Of a DNA stretch of 61,763 bases, positions 35,801 through 45,645 are shown piece by piece (the stretch's first letter is position 1; the number at the start of each line of letters is the position of its first letter). Position numbers and translations under genes: made by a program. The notes under the pieces are model-generated. The model was not told the origin of the DNA, ran no database searches, and was given only the letters and a program-made list of their open reading frames with translations. Source of the DNA: a bacterium (GTDB lineage Bacteria > Patescibacteriota > Minisyncoccia > Phycocordibacterales > CALRBL01); contig JAIYEG010000011.1 in the NCBI GenBank assembly GCA_027487075.1, forward strand, positions 1 to 61,763. The letters are read 5' to 3'.

Positions 35801-36120
35801 AAATCCCCCTCGCGCCCGAAACTGCAACAAAAGATCAAATCAAAAAAGAAAAAGAACGACTCAAAAAAGAGCGTGACAAACAACATGTGATTGCCGGCAT
35901 GATCACCGCATCGCGCGAGATCATCACCAAGACCAACACCCGCATGATGTTCCTCACCCTCACCGACCTCACCGACTCCATCGAGTGTGTCGTGTTTTCT
36001 CGCACCTACGAACAGATGAAAGACATCTTCACCCCTGATGCCTGCATCGCCATCAAGGGAAAAGTAAGCGAGCGCAATGGCGAGCTGAGTGTGTTGGTGG
36101 AGAAAGCGAAGAAGTTGTGA
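32830..36120 (+). CDS. dnaE: DNA polymerase III alpha subunit
   Basis: 1096 aa with the PHP domain (FTHLHTHSHYSLL), polymerase core and C-terminal OB fold. AGAGG RBS upstream. Confidence 0.95.
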   Translation: MAFTHLHTHSHYSLLQALPKIPDLIAKAKACGMTSIALTDSGNMYGAVEFYQECQKKEIKAILGVDFYVAARTRHDRESRIDNKRTRLVLLAKNHDGYKQLIKLVTRSHKEGFYYKPRIDDELLEQLHEHLVCIMPSFSGSIALALKTGNEELAVAELKKFKHWFGDDFYLELTHHPEIDGHEENMQKLVAFARATNTKLVAAHDVYYLEEDDKAARETLVSIQNDFSERKMGGDKSDWSFITPEKAAETFKDTPDALANIDEIVEKCNLDLPLGKWLFPHVDVEEGKTHDDVLRDIVFRGIKTRKLEATPELLKRVEYELDVIKTKGYAPYFLVVSDLLREAHERKILTTIRGSVAGSMVTYLAHITNVNPMEYLLPFERFLNPDRPSAPDVDMDYADNRRDEIISYARDKYGHDKVAQIGTFGTLMARGAVRDVARAMGYEYGIGDRIAKLIPMGAQGAPMTIDKALELTPELKKMYDEEDDVKEIIEMAKKMEGCARHISVHAAGVVISPIPLDEIVPTQYDPKGEGKIITQYDMHSVDENSAGLLKFDFLGIRNLSILADAVHLVKEQRGIDIDIENVPVDDKKTFEMLARGETMGLFQLNGDGMTKALVELKPTSIHDLNVMVALYRPGPMDTIQEYIARKHGRSKTTYYHPKMKKFLELTFGLLVYQDDLLYTAIELAGYDWGSVDKFRKAVGKKIPAEMAKQHEIFVKGCETHSGISKKDAEKIWKLFEPFQGYGFNKAHAASYGKVAYQTAYMKANFPALYMAAALTAESGDTETVGLYIAECRRMGIPVLAPDINESFKAFTVVSQPKAGPDGALGAREDVIRFGLVTIKNFGEGIADSIIKERQANGKFISLEDFLARIKDRNLNKKSLESLIKAGAMDAFGDRGNLLHNLDTLLHYNKETAALPAHEDTLFGSLSKEEFSAKLVLESGYEATTDEKLGWEKELLGLYLSGHPLDKYKEKFEQSEMNIAKLKEWAKPLFLEIPLAPETATKDQIKKEKERLKKERDKQHVIAGMITASREIITKTNTRMMFLTLTDLTDSIECVVFSRTYEQMKDIFTPDACIAIKGKVSERNGELSVLVEKAKKL

Positions 36121-36132
36121 TATGAATGTGTT

Positions 36133-36633
36133 ATGGAAAACACTAATCTAAATTATGCACATCTTGTTCCAACAACATGGGATAAGCTCAATAAGATTGA
36201 GCGCACCGGCTGGATCATGTGGAAGGTGAAAAGCCCAGAGACTGTTCAGCAACATATCAACGCACTTCGTGCACTCGCCTTTTCTCTTTCTGATTCCCTC
36301 ACCGAATTCAATGATGAAGAGAAAAAAGATCTTGTCGACATGCTTGAAATCCATGATTGGGCTGAGGCAGTTGTTGGTGACATCGTGACAGTTGATCAAG
36401 ACAAAGATAAAGAAAAAACAAAGAAACAACTGCAATTCGAACAAGAATCAGTCGCAATAAAAAACATCTGTGATCAACTTGGCTCTGATGGAGAACGGAT
36501 CATGTCGCTCTGGATGCGTTTTGAAACTTCTTCAGATCCTGTCTCAACATTCGCGCGACAACTCGATAAATACCAAGCAATCGAGCAAGCATTCGCCTAT
36601 GAACAAGAACGACAAGAGGATCGTTGCGCTTGA
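36133..36633 (+). CDS. HD-domain phosphohydrolase (YfbR-like 5-prime-nucleotidase family)
   Basis: 166 aa with H...HD...D metal-binding motifs (QQHINAL, EIHDWAEAVVGD). Confidence 0.65.
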   Translation: MENTNLNYAHLVPTTWDKLNKIERTGWIMWKVKSPETVQQHINALRALAFSLSDSLTEFNDEEKKDLVDMLEIHDWAEAVVGDIVTVDQDKDKEKTKKQLQFEQESVAIKNICDQLGSDGERIMSLWMRFETSSDPVSTFARQLDKYQAIEQAFAYEQERQEDRCA

Positions 36634-36644
36634 GCAGGCATAAC

Positions 36645-36678
36645 AAAAAAAAACATCGCACGCATGCGACGTTTTTTG
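36645..36678. terminator. Bidirectional terminator between convergent genes
   Basis: An A9 run, a GC-rich hairpin around the CGCATGCG palindrome, and a T6 run. Confidence 0.5.
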
Positions 36679-36695
36679 CAACTCGTCTCCTACAC

Positions 36696-37241
36696 TTACT
36701 TCAACACCACCGGAATCGTCACCTTGTTTGGTATTCCCTCACCAGATGGATCATCTTCGGTGAATGAAAGGAGGAGGTTGTATCCTGAAGGAAGCTGATC
36801 AGGGTTATTGTAATCAAGGGTCACACTAAACGTTGTCTTGGTACTCATCCAATCCTTCACCATAATCGGCTTTGATACTACCGGAAGACTGTAGCCATCC
36901 TTTTCTTCGACAAGAAGCTCCGCAATTCCTGCCTGTCCCTCAAACATAATCCATGAACAACCGAGCTCTTGTGCTTTGGTATTGTCGATGGTTCCCGTGA
37001 TTGTGAGCGGAAACGATACTGCATCACCCTGCTTTACACTCTCTACGATCAATCCACAATTGGTGCTATCAACTACCTTTGTTCCCACATCAATAGGTGC
37101 CACCGGGGCCATAGCTTTGTGATAGTACAAGTATGAAGCGGCACCAACGACGATCAGAAGCAAAACGACAGCAAGCCCGATCAATCCTGTATGACTTTCT
37201 TGGCTTTCAATATTGTTGTTATTTGTATTTGTTGGTTCCAT
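36696..37241 (-). CDS. N-terminally anchored extracytoplasmic protein, possibly a Gmad2-like Ig fold
   Basis: 181 aa with a TM helix (LIGLAVVLLLIVVGAASYLYY), then PLTITGT...WIMFEGQAGIAELL, which resembles Gmad2-type domains. Confidence 0.45.
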   Translation of the reverse strand: MEPTNTNNNNIESQESHTGLIGLAVVLLLIVVGAASYLYYHKAMAPVAPIDVGTKVVDSTNCGLIVESVKQGDAVSFPLTITGTIDNTKAQELGCSWIMFEGQAGIAELLVEEKDGYSLPVVSKPIMVKDWMSTKTTFSVTLDYNNPDQLPSGYNLLLSFTEDDPSGEGIPNKVTIPVVLK

Positions 37242-37307
37242 ACCCCTATTGTACTCCTCTCAATCGAATGTCAACCTTCCAAAATGCATAACAGCATCTC
37301 TCATGCT

Positions 37308-39074
37308 ATGATGGCTCTCATGAATACCAACCTAGAAGCAAAACGCCATACCCTGGCTCATTTATTGGCTGCTTCGGTGCTCACCTTCCGCCCCGATGCA
37401 AAACCGACCGTTGGCCCTGCTGTTGACACAGGCTTCTATTATGATTTCGAGTTTTCAGAACCACTTTCTGACAAAGATTTCAAAGATATCGAAAAGAAAA
37501 TGCGCAAATTGCTTCCTAGCTGGAAGGCTTTTACCCATGAAGTGGTGACCGCCGACAAAGCCAAAGAAATCTTTAAAGATAATCCATACAAACTTGAACT
37601 CATTGATGGTATCGTCGAGCGAGGTGAAGAGATCACTCTCTACACCTGTGGTTCTGGAGACAGCGCATTCACCGACCTGTGCCGTGGTGGTCATTCAGAG
37701 TGCCCTGCTCAAGACATCGACGCTGATAGCTTCAAACTCTCACATATTGCTGGAGCCTACTGGCGAGGTGACGAAAAGAACAAGATGCTCACCCGTGTGT
37801 ATGGCCTTGCCTTTGATACAAAAGAGGAGCTTGATGCACATCTTGCACATATCGCTGAAGCAGAAAAAAGAGATCACCGAAAACTGGGACAAGAACTCGA
37901 CCTTTTCCATTTTGATGAATCTATTGGAAAAGGTCTTCCGATTTGGCTTCCGAAAGGAAATATTATTAAGGAAGAATTAGAGAAGTGGGCAAAAGAAACT
38001 GAAGAAGCGTGGGGATATCAACGTGTGACCACCCCCATTATCACCAAAGACAACCTATTCTATACGTCAGGACATCTTCCTTTGTACAGCGATTCAATGT
38101 ACGCACCCATCGTCATTGAAGAAGAGAACTACTACATAAAGCCGATGAACTGTCCATTCCATCACAAGACCTTTGCAGCTCGACCAAAAAGCTACAAAGA
38201 TCTTCCTGTAAGACTTGCAGAGTATGGATGGTGTCACCGTTATGAAGATTCAGGAAGTCTATTTGGAATGATGCGTGTACGAGGTATGCAGATGAACGAT
38301 GCTCATATTTATGTTCAAAAAGAAAAAGCGGTTGAAGAATTCGTAAACGTGATTAAATTACATGAGTACTACTACAAAGTACTCGGCATCACCAACTACA
38401 GCATGGAACTTGCCCTCCGTGATCCGAACAACATGAGTAAATACCATGGTGATGAACAAGATTGGAAAGACGCAGAACAAATGACTATGGATGCGATGAA
38501 AGCATCTGGCGTTCCTTATACTGTGGTTCAAGAGGGTGCAGCTTTTTACGGACCTAAAATGGACTTTCAAATTGTATCTTCAATCGGACGATCGTTCACC
38601 GCATCGACAAACCAACTAGACCTTTACATGGGAAAGAAATTTGAGCTTGAATATACCGATTCGGATGGGAAGAAAAAAACTCCTGCAGTAATTCACCGTG
38701 CCCCACTTGGTACTCACGAGCGATTTATTGGTTTTCTTATTGAACACTTCGCTGGAGCCTTCCCTCTGTGGCTCTCACCGGTACAAGTAAAAGTAATTCC
38801 TATTGCCGAACCTCATCACGACTATGCACGCAATGTTGCAACTGAACTCCGCAAAGTAGGTCTTCGTGTTGAACTTGATGACTCAAATGAAAGTCTTGGT
38901 AAGCGTATTCGTCAGACCAAAATAGAGAAAGTTCCCTACACCATCATCATCGGCGACAAGGACATCGAAGTAAATAAAGTAACTCTCGAAAGCCGCAAAG
39001 AAAGTCTTGGGCAGATGAGCCTTGGTCATGTTATTGAAAAGCTTGAGGAAGAGCGAGATAGCAAGAGCTTGTAA
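37308..39074 (+). CDS. thrS: Threonyl-tRNA synthetase, short form starting at the editing/second-additional domain
   Basis: The editing HxxxH region (RHTLAHLLAASV) lies at the N-terminus. Class II motifs are present (FHHKTF..., RVRGMQMNDAHIY, FYGPKMDF), plus the anticodon-binding domain. The start is uncertain (in-frame ATGs at 37284, 37308, 37311 and 37320). Confidence 0.88.
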   Translation: MMALMNTNLEAKRHTLAHLLAASVLTFRPDAKPTVGPAVDTGFYYDFEFSEPLSDKDFKDIEKKMRKLLPSWKAFTHEVVTADKAKEIFKDNPYKLELIDGIVERGEEITLYTCGSGDSAFTDLCRGGHSECPAQDIDADSFKLSHIAGAYWRGDEKNKMLTRVYGLAFDTKEELDAHLAHIAEAEKRDHRKLGQELDLFHFDESIGKGLPIWLPKGNIIKEELEKWAKETEEAWGYQRVTTPIITKDNLFYTSGHLPLYSDSMYAPIVIEEENYYIKPMNCPFHHKTFAARPKSYKDLPVRLAEYGWCHRYEDSGSLFGMMRVRGMQMNDAHIYVQKEKAVEEFVNVIKLHEYYYKVLGITNYSMELALRDPNNMSKYHGDEQDWKDAEQMTMDAMKASGVPYTVVQEGAAFYGPKMDFQIVSSIGRSFTASTNQLDLYMGKKFELEYTDSDGKKKTPAVIHRAPLGTHERFIGFLIEHFAGAFPLWLSPVQVKVIPIAEPHHDYARNVATELRKVGLRVELDDSNESLGKRIRQTKIEKVPYTIIIGDKDIEVNKVTLESRKESLGQMSLGHVIEKLEEERDSKSL

Positions 39075-39188
39075 AAAATTATTACGTATCATTATCTAAG
39101 AGCACGGATATTTTCTTGCTATAAAATTCCTCGTGCTCGCTCCGTCGAGCCTCGCAAGACTCTTATCTAACGATACGTAATAATTTTT
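39074..39188 (+). repeat. 115-nt MITE-like or structured element: 29-nt imperfect inverted repeats around the 57-nt core (copy B)
   Basis: Arms at 39074-39102 and 39160-39188 are complementary at 26 of 29 positions. The core at 39102-39158 matches the reverse complement of 24004-24060. Confidence 0.75.
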
Positions 39189-39204
39189 ACTAAGCTTACA
39201 CAAC

Positions 39205-39240
39205 AGAAAAGCCGCCCAGAAGGGCGGCTTTTCTGTTTAC
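39205..39240. terminator. Bidirectional intrinsic terminator
   Basis: Stem AGAAAAGCCGCCC / GGGCGGCTTTTCT with loop AGAA, then a T-run. Confidence 0.8.
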
Positions 39241-39265
39241 TTTGAAATGTGTTCAGTCAGAAGGA

Positions 39266-40375
39266 TTATTCTCCGAGTGACTGAAGGATTGCCTTTTCCT
39301 TGATCTTCTCATTTCGACGAGCGATATAGAGGTAGCTCAAGAAGGCTGACCACATGAAGAGTCCTGCTACGAAGAGCGACACCTTCATGGTTGGGCTGAT
39401 ACCTGTTGCAGGAATCGAACTCAAGTAGATACCACCATCAGTCTGAGGAGGAACAACTACGGTTCGATCCTTCTCAATATCTGCATAACAGCGTACGGTC
39501 TTTCGATCACCGTCTGACTTTACAGTCACTTCAGCTTCTTTGCGGCCGGCAGTGTTGTAGGTCTTGGTAATAGACTTATCGTCTCCATTGAGATTATCGT
39601 CACCATCCCAATCATAGGTGTAGCGACCATTACCTCCGTCCGGATATACCGTCCACTTGATTCGATCACCTACTTTTGCATCTGAAGGTGAAGCCTTACA
39701 ATATGCGTCGAGGTCATCGTTATCATCTTTCTTATCGTTATCAACTTTTACGGTACATGTTCGGGTGATTGATTCACCATCAGAGGTAATCTTCACACGA
39801 GCAGTTTTGGTTCCAGAATCGTTATAACGCTTGGTAATAGACTTATCGTCTCCATCAAGATTATCTGTTCCCGACCATTCATATTCGTAGTCCCCGTCTC
39901 CACCGCGAGCGGTAGCAGTCCAGGTAACACGTTCATCTTCGTCGACTCGTGAAGGAGTACCCTTACATGAACCTTCGAGATCTTTATTACGTGGGGGAAC
40001 ATAATCGTCTTCTACAGTTACTGAACAGGTACGGCTAATGGTTTCATTATTTGAAGTAATTTCGATTGTACCAGTCTTAACTCCTGGATCCATGTATCGA
40101 ATTGAAACTGTCTGATAATCGCTTTCGAGACCATCGTCACCGTACCAATAGAATGAGTAGTAACCATTACCACCCTCACCTTCTGTAGTCCATGTAACAA
40201 CATCTCCCACTTTTACATGTGTATTACTTACAAGACAATTGGCAACAAGAGGTGGATACTGACACACGGTTGAACCACACGCAGATGCATCTTTAATTCC
40301 CACCATCGCAAAAAATGCGAGAGCGAGGGTCATGCTTCCGAGAGTAGCTATGATGGTTGTTTTGTTGATTTTCAT
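39266..40375 (-). CDS. Surface protein with three PKD-like repeats and an IPATG sortase-type sorting signal
   Basis: 369 aa: a signal peptide, then three ~78-aa repeats (V(T/K)WT..GG(N/D)G.Y.(F/Y).W.G.D.L...K....Y...G.K...V...S.G). The C-terminus is IPATG, a hydrophobic helix, then ARRNEK. Confidence 0.8.
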   Translation of the reverse strand: MKINKTTIIATLGSMTLALAFFAMVGIKDASACGSTVCQYPPLVANCLVSNTHVKVGDVVTWTTEGEGGNGYYSFYWYGDDGLESDYQTVSIRYMDPGVKTGTIEITSNNETISRTCSVTVEDDYVPPRNKDLEGSCKGTPSRVDEDERVTWTATARGGDGDYEYEWSGTDNLDGDDKSITKRYNDSGTKTARVKITSDGESITRTCTVKVDNDKKDDNDDLDAYCKASPSDAKVGDRIKWTVYPDGGNGRYTYDWDGDDNLNGDDKSITKTYNTAGRKEAEVTVKSDGDRKTVRCYADIEKDRTVVVPPQTDGGIYLSSIPATGISPTMKVSLFVAGLFMWSAFLSYLYIARRNEKIKEKAILQSLGE

Positions 40376-40421
40376 AATAATTTAATTATATACTAAATGT
40401 TGTTTTATGTCAAGACCTTGT

Positions 40422-41111
40422 TTATATCTTTTCTACGTGTTCTAGATATGCCTCCGCAACATAACGATCTGTTTTCTGCCCAAAGCTATTACAGGTTGAG
40501 AGCGTAAGCATCGTACGATCACTCGAAAAACTCACCAATTCTTCATTAGCATTCACGAGTTTTACTGAATCCACCTTGTACGTATAGACCTGCGTATCAC
40601 CATACACCTTGATTTCATCGCCTTTTTTGAGGTTTTTGAGATTATTGAAGACCTGGAATGCTTTATTATTGACATACGTATAGCCGGTACTATGCCCGAA
40701 AATAAACATGTTTCCCTTACCTGCTACACCAGAACCTGGGTAATATACCGCGCCCTTTTCCAAAGCACTATTGAGAACCACATAATTCGCCGAAGTAGGA
40801 CGCACCACCTCAATATCGAGACCGATTGAAGAAGCCACCATACGCTGAGGTAATTCCCCTTTTACGGGAGCGACTTCGGTTTGAGATGAGGGAGAAGTGA
40901 GTCCAAGACCCTTAAAAGTGCTTTCCTGGAGCTTTGCCGCAACACTTGTGTCATTGGTGGTTTCCTGAAATTCAGTAGGAATAAAGCCAAGAAATCCAAG
41001 CACCATAAAGCTCACAGCAAAAAACGCAAAAAACGCACCCGCAAAAATAAGGAGATTTTTGACAAAGCTATGGTGGTCCTGCTTGAGGAAACGATTAAGA
41101 TGTTCTAACAT
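40422..41111 (-). CDS. Sortase-family transpeptidase
   Basis: 229 aa with an N-terminal TM helix, catalytic His (MFIFGHS), TLSTC Cys motif and a downstream Arg (TDRYV). It lies directly upstream of the IPATG protein. Confidence 0.85.
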   Translation of the reverse strand: MLEHLNRFLKQDHHSFVKNLLIFAGAFFAFFAVSFMVLGFLGFIPTEFQETTNDTSVAAKLQESTFKGLGLTSPSSQTEVAPVKGELPQRMVASSIGLDIEVVRPTSANYVVLNSALEKGAVYYPGSGVAGKGNMFIFGHSTGYTYVNNKAFQVFNNLKNLKKGDEIKVYGDTQVYTYKVDSVKLVNANEELVSFSSDRTMLTLSTCNSFGQKTDRYVAEAYLEHVEKI

Positions 41112-41139
41112 ATTTATATTATACCAGAAACATAGCTAC

Positions 41140-41169
41140 TTGACAAGATACCCTCATCTAGGGTACATT
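41140..41169 (+). promoter_or_regulatory. Promoter TTGACA-N18-TACATT, 6 nt before the ATG at 41176 (leaderless configuration)
   Basis: TTGACA at 41140-41145 and TACATT at 41164-41169. Confidence 0.5.
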
Positions 41170-41175
41170 CCCAGC

Positions 41176-42099
41176 ATGAATACTAACGAAATCACTCCCG
41201 TGCAGATCGCCATCCGCATCGTCATTATTATCGTCGTTATTGCCATCATTCTTATGGCAAGCTTTGCTATGGTACGCCTTGTACCAAAAGTCATTTCTTC
41301 TCTTGGCGGAATCAAGAATATCTTTGCCAAAAAAGAACGCATGATTGTATCTCTTGCCGACACCACCATCGACCAAGGCGATAGCACTACTCTTTCCTAT
41401 CGTCAGACAGGAGGCACCGATAATGGTACGTATCTCTTTAATTACTCATGTGCACACATCGATGCAGATACGCGTATCGAAGTTGCTTCAGGTAATGCGT
41501 CACAGATCGTTACGTGTGACCGACCCATCACTCTTGGTGCAGCAACTACTACTCTTTCAGAACCTCAAACGATCACCGTTCGCCCCATCACTGAAGACGT
41601 GACCTTCGACCAGAAAGTCGATATGACGGTGTCTCATATTACGACAGCTTCAGCAACTGCATCAATGGCATCAGCAGTTCTTAATATTCGCGGCAATGCA
41701 AAAGGCACCAATACCTCGGTAACGCCTGCAAAAAATAATGATACCAAGGCTAAGGCGACCTCAACACAGACTATCAAAACCCCGACCACCACTCGCCCCA
41801 CCACTTCAGTGACAGCGCCTGCGCGACTTATGGTACGCATGGGTCAAGTAACTATGGCGCCTAATGGTTTTGTTACCGCCACCTTTTACGTTACCAATAC
41901 CGGTGGTCGCCCATCTGGTGCATGGTCATTCTCTGCATTTCTCCCACGTTCAGTCGGACAGACTTCATACACCTCACCTCTTCAGCCATCTATTCCTCCA
42001 CAAGGAACCAGCACGATGTATCTTAGCTTTGCAAATGCACAAGCTGGCAGCATCATTGTGAACGTGAACGGACAGCGAGCAACCGCTACCCTCAAGTAG
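41176..42099 (+). CDS. N-terminally anchored Thr/Ser-rich surface protein
   Basis: Start chosen at MNTNEITPVQIAIRIVIIIVVIAIILM (TM helix). A T/S/A-rich linker leads to a C-terminal beta-rich domain (FYVTNTGGRPSGAWSF...) resembling CARDB-type folds. Confidence 0.6.
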   Translation: MNTNEITPVQIAIRIVIIIVVIAIILMASFAMVRLVPKVISSLGGIKNIFAKKERMIVSLADTTIDQGDSTTLSYRQTGGTDNGTYLFNYSCAHIDADTRIEVASGNASQIVTCDRPITLGAATTTLSEPQTITVRPITEDVTFDQKVDMTVSHITTASATASMASAVLNIRGNAKGTNTSVTPAKNNDTKAKATSTQTIKTPTTTRPTTSVTAPARLMVRMGQVTMAPNGFVTATFYVTNTGGRPSGAWSFSAFLPRSVGQTSYTSPLQPSIPPQGTSTMYLSFANAQAGSIIVNVNGQRATATLK

Positions 42100-42127
42100 T
42101 TAGTTACAAAATGGTATTTTCTTTTGG

Positions 42128-44206
<2,079 letters not shown>

Positions 44207-44357
44207 TTAGTATAGCAAGAAATGAGAGGATGCGCCAAGGCGTTTTTGAGAGAAAATAGAGGAAATAATGACTTGGTTGAGGGGCTATTTATATATTGAC
44301 TTTTTGTATATAATGTGATAATATTAACCTAAATCGAGTTCTTAATATTTTGATGTC

Positions 44358-44403
44358 TGACTGCATCTTTGAGAGCATTTATATGCTTTGAAAGATGCAG
44401 TCA
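44358..44403 (+). promoter_or_regulatory. 46-nt near-perfect hairpin in the leader of the GC-rich gene
   Basis: TGACTGCATCTTT...AAAGATGCAGTCA gives 13-bp outer arms plus an inner AGCAT/ATGCT helix. It lies downstream of TTGACT...TGTGATAAT (about 44297-44325). Confidence 0.55.
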
Positions 44404-44450
44404 CTAACCAAATCGACTGCACACAAACCAAACACCATTATTCCTATCCT

Positions 44451-45029
44451 ATGTTGAACGAAATCAAGCCAGGTCTGTTTGCAGTCGAGGACACCATGCC
44501 CTGTCTGCCCTCCAAAATCCGTCTCATGCGCTGGGCGCTCCCGAGCACCCTCGATCGCGCCGAAAGCGAAGAAGCGGCCGCCCGCATCCTCTCCTTCTCG
44601 AAGGAACTGGATCAGTGGGTCGGCGTGAGCTATCGGACGCTCTGCACGATGATGCTGGATGAGTATGAACTCTACCAAAGCATCCAGGACGCCCAGAACC
44701 ACAACTTCGACAAGAAGCGTCGGGTCGAACGGGAGCTCGTGAGCTACAACCTCAAGAGCTTCTTCTCCTTCGGCCTCTATCGTCGCTTCAAGGCGGCGCC
44801 GACGGCCGATCTGAAGGAAGTGCCCGAGGGAGAGGTCCCGTTCTCCGGTATCTTCACGGGTGGTCCTGAGCATGTGCTCACCGGAGTCCGCGAGCTCATC
44901 GCTAACGGCTTCCTCAAGCTCGTGACGCTGGGCGAACGGTCGCCCGAGAAAGATCAGGTGGACGTGTTCATGCCCACCCCGTCGCTCATCGAGCGGATCA
45001 TGCAGGTTCAGCGCATCGTCGCGAGCTAA
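44451..45029 (+). CDS. Strongly GC-rich hypothetical protein
   Basis: ORF 44388-45029. I prefer the ATG at 44451 (MLNEIKPGLF) because 44388 lies inside the hairpin. The antisense shadow ORF is typical of high GC. A hairpin terminator lies downstream at about 45046-45090. Confidence 0.5.
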   Translation: MLNEIKPGLFAVEDTMPCLPSKIRLMRWALPSTLDRAESEEAAARILSFSKELDQWVGVSYRTLCTMMLDEYELYQSIQDAQNHNFDKKRRVERELVSYNLKSFFSFGLYRRFKAAPTADLKEVPEGEVPFSGIFTGGPEHVLTGVRELIANGFLKLVTLGERSPEKDQVDVFMPTPSLIERIMQVQRIVAS

Positions 45030-45201
45030 GCAACGACATCAAAATAAAACCCGCGAGGGCTCGCAAAGGAAACGATGCGGGCCCTTTTTATTACTCAAGA
45101 AAATCCAAACTTTTATTTGACTCTCGATATTATTTTGCTACACTACATTTACAAATAGCCATTAGGCCAATTGAGAAGCTCCCGGAAGGGAGCTTCGTCC
45201 G

Positions 45202-45594
45202 TTATGGTTCAATTCTAATGAGCGCAACCACTTTCATCTGAATCTGTTTAAATTGATAGGGTGATATTTTTCTTATAAATCTTCTAAACCTTTTAACGCT
45301 TGCAAGTCGCATTTGGGATAGCATTATAGAAAAAACTATTCCGTCATGTTTGAGAAGATAATGAAATTCATTATCTTTAGTTTTTGAACTCATTGGCAAA
45401 ACCCAAGCAATATGCTTGTTAAATTTTCTTAAAACGAGTACAGGTCTTTCAAATTGATTATTTTTACCATCTTGTTCATCTCCGATGTTGAGACCAATTG
45501 AACACCACCAAATATCCCTCTCATAAAAAGGCGGCACATCACATTCATTGATTTCCTTCTTCTTACCATTCCATTCATCAAAATTCTTCTCCAT
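45202..45594 (-). CDS. MazF/PemK-like type II toxin (endoribonuclease fold), solitary
   Basis: 130 aa. RDIWWCSIGLNIGDEQDGKNNQFERPVLVL...VLPMSSKTK parallels MazF GDIVWV...G.EQ.G.RPAVVL...P.T(S/T). The gene is AT-rich and I see no antitoxin ORF next to it. Confidence 0.6.
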   Translation of the reverse strand: MEKNFDEWNGKKKEINECDVPPFYERDIWWCSIGLNIGDEQDGKNNQFERPVLVLRKFNKHIAWVLPMSSKTKDNEFHYLLKHDGIVFSIMLSQMRLASVKRFRRFIRKISPYQFKQIQMKVVALIRIEP

Positions 45595-45645
45595 CCACTA
45601 AGTCTAACCGCACGAATTCAAGTTCTTATAAAGAAAACTTCAAAC

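Noticed and set aside
44379-44873. A 164-aa minus-strand ORF overlapping the GC-rich gene.
   Set aside because: It is an antisense shadow ORF of the kind high-GC sequence generates. The plus-strand frame is longer and has the promoter and terminator context.
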